Origin: Macrostomum lignano
Taxonomy: Eukaryota
Length of the DNA: 64,000 nt
Assembly: GCA_002269645.1 (NCBI GenBank)
Contig: NIVC01000037.1
Coordinates: forward strand, 248,001-312,000
Direction: 5' to 3'
A model generated the notes under the pieces. It was not told where the DNA came from and made no database searches. It saw only the letters and a list, made by a program, of their open reading frames with translations. Below are positions 56,630 to 64,000 of the stretch, piece by piece (position 1 is the first letter of the stretch; each line of letters begins with the position of its first letter). Both the position numbers and the translations under genes were made by a program.

Positions 56630-56925
56630 GTCTGCCCAATCCGCTGACTCGTGAGCACATACGAGCATACAAGCGCCAATACTGTACGCTGACACGCACA
56701 CGCTCACACAGGGTGTACACAGCGGCTCTGACTGTCTAATCGTCAGGCATGTACACTCTCCGTGCCTTAGGGAGGGGGTTGGCCCTCATGAGTGTACATT
56801 GCACTACACCCCCCTCCCCGCCCAATATTCGTGCACACCAGCCCCAAATGAATGCGTTTGCACGCGGAATCGAACCAGGGGTCCTGTGACGCGATGAGTC
56901 AGCCGCGTTAATCTCTGAGCTGCTC
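56630..56925 (-). mobile_element. SINE-core element with a different tRNA-like head
   Basis: On the minus strand the head reads agctcagagatt...ggttcgattcc, followed by core gtgtacatgcctgacgattagacagtcagagccgctgtgtacaccctgtgtgag. Confidence 0.65.
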
Positions 56926-57465
56926 TGCTTCCAGTAGCTCTGCTAAAAGCTTCTGTTATGCCAGTGCTCGCGCAGGAGCAAAACTGCGGAAACTTTACTG
57001 CTTTTGCTATTGCTAATGGCCTGGCTTTGTCAGGGAGAGAGGGAGACGCGCGTAGATGCAATACAGATGATGCGATCGCAGATGCTGTCAGGGCTTCTGA
57101 ATTTCCGGCCTTAACAACGCGCTTTCAGAATTTTATAGACCCAGCCGCCGATGCAGCATTGGGTGAGAGTCTGCGCGAGAGATGGAGAGAAAGAGGTTGA
57201 TGCCGTGTGGGCCAGCATCTGCTGCTATCCGCTAGGCAAGCAGGGTTAACCCACCAAGTCCGCTGTTTATCGCGGCTGAGACCGCTGGCCTGCAAATATT
57301 TGCCTTGTATGGAAATGCGCTAGGAAAGACGCGAAGAGAGAAAGTTGCAAAAGCAAACAGGTCGATTTAGACTGCAACAGCTTGGCAACTGGCATCGGCG
57401 ACGGGGCCCAACACGGACAGCTTGACGGCTTAGCAAATCTAAAAAATTAAAGAAGTGGAATTGCG

Positions 57466-57598
57466 ATGCACTGCAGCAGCTGGGCGGCTCTGCTGCGGAT
57501 GGTCGGCTGCTGCATCTGCCTGCCTCTGCTCACCAGCTGTGCCGACTACTCTTGTGAGTTTCTGTTGGTCTGCGTGTCTGTCTGTCTGCCTGTTCTGT

Positions 57599-57635
<37 letters not shown>

Positions 57636-57682
57636 GTGCCTGTCTGTCTGTCTGTTCTGTCTGTCTGTGTCTGTCTGTCTGT

Positions 57683-57715
<33 letters not shown>

Positions 57716-57725
57716 TCTGTCTGTA

Positions 57726-57770
<45 letters not shown>

Positions 57771-59563
57771 GAGTGTCTGTCTGTCTTAGTGTCTGTCTGT
57801 CTGTCTGTCTGTGGGCCCGTCTGCTAGTGCCTGTCTCCATGGTAACAAGCTAAGCTCCGCTCACCCGCAGACTCCAGCAGTCGCTATGTCAAACTACCTC
57901 TAGCCGCGCTGAGACAGCAACCATGGCAAAGTTTAAATGCAGATGAAAGCATTAAAAGCGTAAGCGGCACTCTCTGCCGACACTTTGCAGCCACATCACA
58001 TCGCAGCCAAAGTGCTTTATACTTTTTTCTCATGGTAGTTCTACCGTCGGACTGGCAGCTGAACGATGTGCAGATCAAGAGTGAGTGCACACTGTCTTCT
58101 GCGCCCTTCATTCCTACAGCCGTCTCACTCCCTCCCAATAGGCACCCCTCATTCCTACAGCCTCCTCACTCCCCCCAAATGGACACCCCTCATTCCTACA
58201 GCCTCACTCCCCCAAATGGACACCCCTCATTCCTACAGCCTCCTCACTCCCCCCAAATAGACGCCCCTCATTCCTACAGCCTCCTCACTCCCCTCAAATA
58301 GACGCCCCTCATTCCTACAGCCTCCTCACTCCCCCAAATAGGCACCCCTCATTCCTACAGCCTCCTCACTCCCCCAAATGGACACCCCTCATTCCTACAG
58401 CCTCACTCCCCGCAAATGGACACCCCTCATTCCTACAGCCTCCTCACTCCCCCCAAATGGACACCCCTCATTCCTACAGCCTCCTCACTCCCCCAAATGG
58501 ACACCCCTCATTCCTACAGCCTCCTCACTCCCCCAAATGGACACCCCTCATTCCTACAGCCTCCTCACTCCCCCCAAATAGACGCCCCTCATTCCTACAG
58601 CCTCCTCACTCCCCCAAATGGACACCCCTCATTCCTACAGCCTCCTCACTCCCCCCAAATAGGCACCCCTTATTCCTACAGCCTCCTCACTCCCCCCAAA
58701 TGGACACCCCTCATTCCTACAGCCTCACTCCCCGCAAATGGACACCCCTCATTCTTACAGCCTCCTCACTCCCCCAAATGGACACCCCTCATTCCTACAG
58801 CCTCCTCACTCCCCCCAATAGACGCCCCTCATTCCTACAGCCTCACTCCCCCCAAATGGACACCCCTCTTTCCTAAAGTCTCACTCCCTATAGACACCCT
58901 CATTCCTACAGCCTCCCCACTCCTTCCTAATGGAGACCCCGCATTCCTACAGCCTCCCCAGTCCTTCCTAATGGAGAACCCTCATTCCTACAGCCTCCCC
59001 AGTCCTTCCTAATGGAGACCCCGCATTCCTACAGCCTCCCCAGTCCTTCCTAATGGAGACCCCTCATTCCTACAGCCTCACTGTCAACCTCAGCTACTCC
59101 CTGTTGTTGATTTCAGTGACTAAACCGCCCAAAGGAAGTATTGATGCAATGGCAGCCATGACAGCCAGAATGACAGATGAGCTGTCTGGGAAACTCGGAC
59201 AAGGCTGCAGCTGCCCCAGAGAGGTGCTACCGCAAAGCAACCGAACCCACAGCTGGTTTCCCGCGGAGCCGAACGGATCGCCGTGGGTTCGCATGCAGAC
59301 GTGGTTCAGCTTGGATCGGCGCACATTTCGAGCGTCCGTCAAGCGGGTGTGGCTCTTTTGCTTGCCATTTTTAGCAATTTTTACGCGACTACTTACAGTA
59401 GCTGTATCCTATTTTTTATTCCGGACATTTTCAGCTCGAACAGATGAGTCACGTGATCATGGTATTCCACAACGATCCGGAAATAGAGGAAGCTGTTTTC
59501 GGATTTTTAGTCAACAAGCCCTTGAAGGGTTGGTCAACTTTTTTGACGATATCTTTTGATTGA
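57466..59563 (+). CDS. Putative orphan secreted protein (~149 aa, 3 exons)
   Basis: Exon 57466-57553 (MHCSSWAALLRMVGCCICLPLLTSCADYS, donor GTGAGT, phase 1), exon 59117-59346 (acceptor ttgatttcag, open frame) and exon 59435-59563 (acceptor cattttcag). Phases are consistent. No recognisable domain. Confidence 0.4.
57565..57815. repeat. (TCTG)n microsatellite
   Basis: Tetranucleotide run. Confidence 0.95.
58125..59080. repeat. ~40-bp minisatellite (ggacacccctcattcctacagcctcctcactcccccaaat)
   Basis: About 24 units. Confidence 0.95.
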
Positions 59564-59642
59564 TTAACTTGCATAGAGAAAAAGTCACTTAACTGATCCT
59601 CAATCAACAATCAATTTAGGTATTGAAATCTTCACTGGCGTG

Positions 59643-59726
59643 ATGTCGGCTCTGGCTGTGTGCTTCTCGCTGACCATCATGGTTATGACGGCCACCTACC
59701 TGCGCAGCACAGCAGTCTCCAAATCT
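59643..59726 (+). CDS. Possible first exon of a second small secreted protein (signal-peptide-like)
   Basis: Reads MSALAVCFSLTIMVMTATYLRSTAVSKS followed by donor-like GTGAGC. The downstream exon is not securely identified; a candidate lies at ~61158-61304. Confidence 0.2.
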
Positions 59727-59904
59727 GTGAGCTAGCGAATTTGACACAGATATATCTAATAGGGGAATTAGACTGATTGGGTCATGGAATCTAAAAGACG
59801 TGTTGTTTTTCACGTGTTGTTTGTCTGTCTGTGTGTGTCTAAGGATTAGAACAATCTTTAAGGGTATTCGCAAGGCTGGGTTAGAAATACTGAAGTCGGA
59901 GATT

Positions 59905-61090
59905 TGGTGATGGGGAATTAGGGAGGCTGGTCGGAAAATCTGTGATGGGGAATTAGGGAGGCTGGATTGGATAATCAGTGATGGGGAATTAGGGAGGCTG
60001 GTTGGAAAATCAGTGATGGTGAATTAGGGAAGCTGGATTGGAAAATTAGTGATGGTGAATTAGGGAGGTTGGATTGGAAAATCAGTGATGGTGAATTAGA
60101 GAGGCCTGGATCGGAGAATCAGTTATGGGGAATCAGGGAGGCTGGATTGGAAAATCAGTGATGGGGAATTAGGGAGGCTGGATTAGATAATCAGTGATGG
60201 GGAATTAGGGAGGCTGGATTGGAAAATCAGTGATGGGGAATTAGGGAGGCTGGATTGGAAAATCAATGAAGGGGAATTAGGGAGGAGTGGAAAATCAGTT
60301 ATGGGGAATCAGGGAGGCTGGATTGGAAAATCAGTGATGGGGAATTAGGGAGGCTGGATTGGAAAATCAGTGATGGGGAATTAGGGAGGCTGGATTGGAA
60401 AATCAATGAAGGGGAATTAGGGAGGAGTGGAAAATCAGTTATGGGGAATCAGGGAGGCTGGATTGGAAAATCAGTGATGGGAAATCAGGGAGGCTGGATT
60501 GGAAAATCAGTGATGGGGAATTAGGGAGGCTGGATTAGATAATCAGTGATGGGGAATTAGGGAGGCTGGATTGGAAAATCAGTGATGGGGAATTAGGGAG
60601 GCTGGATTGGAAAATCAATGAAGGGGAATTAGGGAGGAGTGGAAAATCAGTTATGGGGAATCAGGGAGGCTGGATTGGAAAATCAGTGATGGGGAATTAG
60701 GGAGGCTGGATTGGAAAATCAGTGATGGGGAATTAGGGAGGCTGGATTGGAAAATCAATGAAGGGGAATTAGGGAGGAGTGGAAAATCAGTTATGGGGAA
60801 TCAGGGAGGCTGGATTGGAAAATCAGTGATGGGAAATCAGGGAGGCTGGATTGGAAAATCAGTGATGGGGAATTAGGGAGGCTGGATTGGAAAATCAGTG
60901 AAGGGGAATTAGGGAGGCTGGATTGGAAAATCAGTGAAGGGGAATTAGGGAGGCTGGATTGGAAAATCAGTGAAGGGGAATTAGGGAGGCTGGATTGGAG
61001 AATCAGTGAAGGGGAATCAGGGAGGCTGGATTGGAAAATCAGTGATGGGGAATTAGGGAGGCTGGATTGGAGAATCAGTGATGGGGAATC
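59905..61090. repeat. 36-bp minisatellite (ggaaaatcagtgatggggaattagggaggctggatt), most units containing one TTAGGG
   Basis: About 33 units. Confidence 0.95.
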
Positions 61091-61589
61091 GGCTAGTTGT
61101 AATAGTCAATTTCTATAGTGAATTATTTCAATGACAATTGTCAAAGTAAAGTTCAAAGCTTAAACCCTCGAACAAAACGCATGCACCGCAACAGTGCTCG
61201 GGAGACCGATCGGGCGGACCCAACTCGCGGTGCCTGAACTCCTACTGCGATACGGGCAGAGAGCGAGAGCAATTCCCACCGGACACAGGGATCTACATGG
61301 GCTGAAATTCTGTGCTGCGCCACCACTATAGACACTTGGGCCCGAACGTACCAGGACAATGTACATGTCACTGGCCTGGTACTGACTAAGCAATATATTT
61401 TGCTCAAAGTTTACTCCAGAATGAACATATACATGAACTCCTGTTTATTGTGTCTAATTTTTCTAAAACACTTGCCGCTGAGTAGAATAATAACTTGCAA
61501 ATTCAGTAATTTTTCAGTAATCCTTTTTCACTGCGCTTATCAAATAAACGGTGCATCATTTTTCAGTGACTCAACGTCAAAAATGCTCT

Positions 61590-62920
61590 GACTTCGGGCT
61601 CATATATGCTCTGACTTGGGGCTCATGCTCTGACTTGGGGCTCATACATGCTCTGACTTGGGGCTCATGCTCTGACTTGGGGCTCACACAAGCTCCGACT
61701 TGGGGCTCATATATGCTCTAATTTGGGGCTGATATATCCTCTGACTTGGGGCTCATATATGCTGACTGAGGGCTCATATATCCTCTGCTTGGGCTCATAT
61801 ATGCTCTGCTTGAGGCTCATAGATGCTGACTTGGGGCTCATATATCCTCTGCTTGGGGCTCATATGCTCAGACCTGGGGCTCATAGATGCTGACTTGGGG
61901 CTCATATATCCTCTGCTTGAGGCTCATATATCGTCTGACTTGTGGCTCATATATGCTCTAATTTATAGGTCATAGATGCTCTGACTTGGGGCTCATATAT
62001 GCTCTAATTTATAGGTCATAGATGCTCTGACTTGGGGCTCATATATGCTCTAATTTATAGGTCATAGATGCTCTGACTTGGGGCTCATATATGCTCTAAT
62101 TTATAGGTCATAGATGCTCTGACTTGGGGCTCATATATGCTCTAATTTATGGGTCATAAATGCTCTGACTTGGGGCTCATATATGCTCTAATTTATGGGT
62201 CATAAATGCTCTGACTTGGGGCTCATATATGCTCTAATTTATGGGTCATAAATGCTCTGACTTGGGGCTCATATATGCTCTAATTTATGGGTCATAAATG
62301 CTCTGACTTGGGACTCATATATGCTCTAATTTATGGGTCATAAATGCTCTGACTTGGGGCTCATATATGCTCTAATTTATGGGTCATAAATGCTCTGACT
62401 TGGGGCTCATATATGCTCTAATTTATGGGTCATAAATGCTCTGACTTGGGGCTCATATATGCTCTAATTTATGGGTCATAAATGCTCTGACTTGGGGCTC
62501 ATATATGCTCTAATTTATGGGTCATAAATGCTCTGACTTGGGGCTCATATATGCTCTAATTTATGGGTCATAAATGCTCTGACTTGGGACTCATATATGC
62601 TCTAATTTATGGGTCATAAATGCTCTGACTTGGGGCTCATATATGCTCTAATTTATGGGTCATAAATGCTCTGACTTGGGGCTCATATATGCTCTAATTT
62701 ATGGGTCATAAATGCTCTGACTTGGGGCTCATATATGCTCTAATTTATGGGTCATAAATGCTCTGACTTGGGGCTCATATATGCTCTAATTTATGGGTCA
62801 TAAATGCTCTGACTTGGGGCTCATATATGCTCTAATTTATGGGTCATAAATGCTCTGACTTGGGGCTCATATATGCTCTAATTTATGGGTCATAGATGCT
62901 CTGACTTGGGGCTCATACGG
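61590..62920. repeat. 46-bp (23+23) minisatellite (atgctctgacttggggctcatatatgctctaatttatgggtcataa)
   Basis: Heterogeneous monomers on the left, homogeneous dimers on the right. Confidence 0.95.
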
Positions 62921-64000
62921 GGCTCTCGATTTTTCAGAAACATAAACCAAGAAAATATGGCGTTTGTACTCGTAAATGCATGATTTAGGCTACTGATGAA
63001 CAAAGCGACTTTAATTATCTGAGCTGTTCCATCTCTGAGCAATAATTGCCCCATTGGTTCCCCAGGGATTGCTAAAAATCATTCAGGAACTCAAGAAATC
63101 GCTGGCTGTTTTCAGCTAAGAGTAAGTTAAAACCGAATGCAGATTCAGTGTTTCCAAAGGGCTGAACTGCCTTTCCAACCAAGTCTTAATGGTCGTTGAT
63201 GGAACTGCCACGCAGCATCAAAGTGAATTGTTGACCAAAGCTGTTGAGAAGCCCTGCTCAGCAGCATCAAGCAATCTCTTTGACGGCAAGAGTCCCTCGG
63301 GGTCGGCCACTGGACAGTGGGCAAATTCTGCATAAAATGGCGAGTGGTTCGACCTCGCCCCCAGAGTTATTGCGTCAACTGCCACAACTCGACAGGACCT
63401 TCTCAATCTAACAGGTGAGAAGAACTGAGCTCTTGTGTCAATCAATTTACTAAGCCATGCAGCATTTTGTAGGCCATGAAACTCAATGGAAGCAGTCGCT
63501 TTTCACCAAACTCAAAACACTGTTATAATTAAATCGGCGCGTTGGTCTCATTCGCGATTCAAAAGCCGTTCTGTATATCAGCAGTCCGAAACCCGCTGCC
63601 GACACTATCGATGCCATCTGAGCCCCGGCTGCTGTCCGTTGGGACCTTGCCGGACTGGGTGGGGCGCTCAATGCTCTTGGAGTCTAGCAGGGGAGAGTTG
63701 CTGAACTGCTCAGGTGGCTCAAGAGCCGATAGCGCCTCAAACTGATGCAATTAATACTAGGGTGCCCCATGCTAGCCCCAAAAATGCCGCAGCTGCAGAC
63801 AAGGGCACTGAATTATTCACAATCACAAGCTGGTAGCTTATAAAGTCCACAAGGAAAGCGAGTCGGAGAGGCACCGACCGACCGCTCGCAACCAACCGAT
63901 CGACAGAGAAGCCATAGCCAGCCATACCTCAGCTAGTCCATTGTTCGACAAAATTAATCGGGGAAAAAGGTAGAACAAAACCCATCGGCCGAATCTTTTT

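Noticed and set aside
63140-63413. Exon-like plus-strand stretch ending in a GTGAGA donor
   Set aside because: The best frame has an internal TAA, with no recognisable homology or linked exons.

Overview
This is eukaryotic (metazoan) genomic DNA with GT-AG spliced genes. The codon style and the density of intronic minisatellites resemble the flatworm Macrostomum, but that assignment is inference only. I hand-spliced five minus-strand genes with consistent intron phases: an FBXO25/FBXO32 (atrogin)-like F-box gene (runs off the left edge), an E74/ELF-family ETS transcription factor, a secreted fibrinogen-domain (FReD) protein (5' end unresolved), a GPR158/GPR179-like class C GPCR (11 exons, with a reading-frame break in exon 4) and a TRAF4-like RING/zinc-finger/MATH E3 ligase. 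One or two orphan plus-strand secreted-protein genes are possible near 57.5-59.7 kb. About 40% of the window (rough estimate) is tandem repeat, and most long introns hold their own private minisatellite. Dispersed elements include a tRNA-headed SINE family with a shared central core (6 copies, two with target-site duplications), a hAT-type MITE pair with 8-bp TSDs and a further small MITE. The most unusual signals are: (i) a minisatellite whose terminal unit is the functional splice acceptor of an F-box exon; (ii) a densely hairpinned GC-rich island bracketed by (CAA)n tracts at 14.9-15.3 kb; (iii) the SINE core domain; (iv) a 2.4-kb array of about 120 TGACTCA sites. There are no CRISPR arrays, rRNA genes or convincing tRNA genes. 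Most long entries in the ORF track are repeat artefacts. All coordinates were read by eye, and repeat boundaries are approximate.
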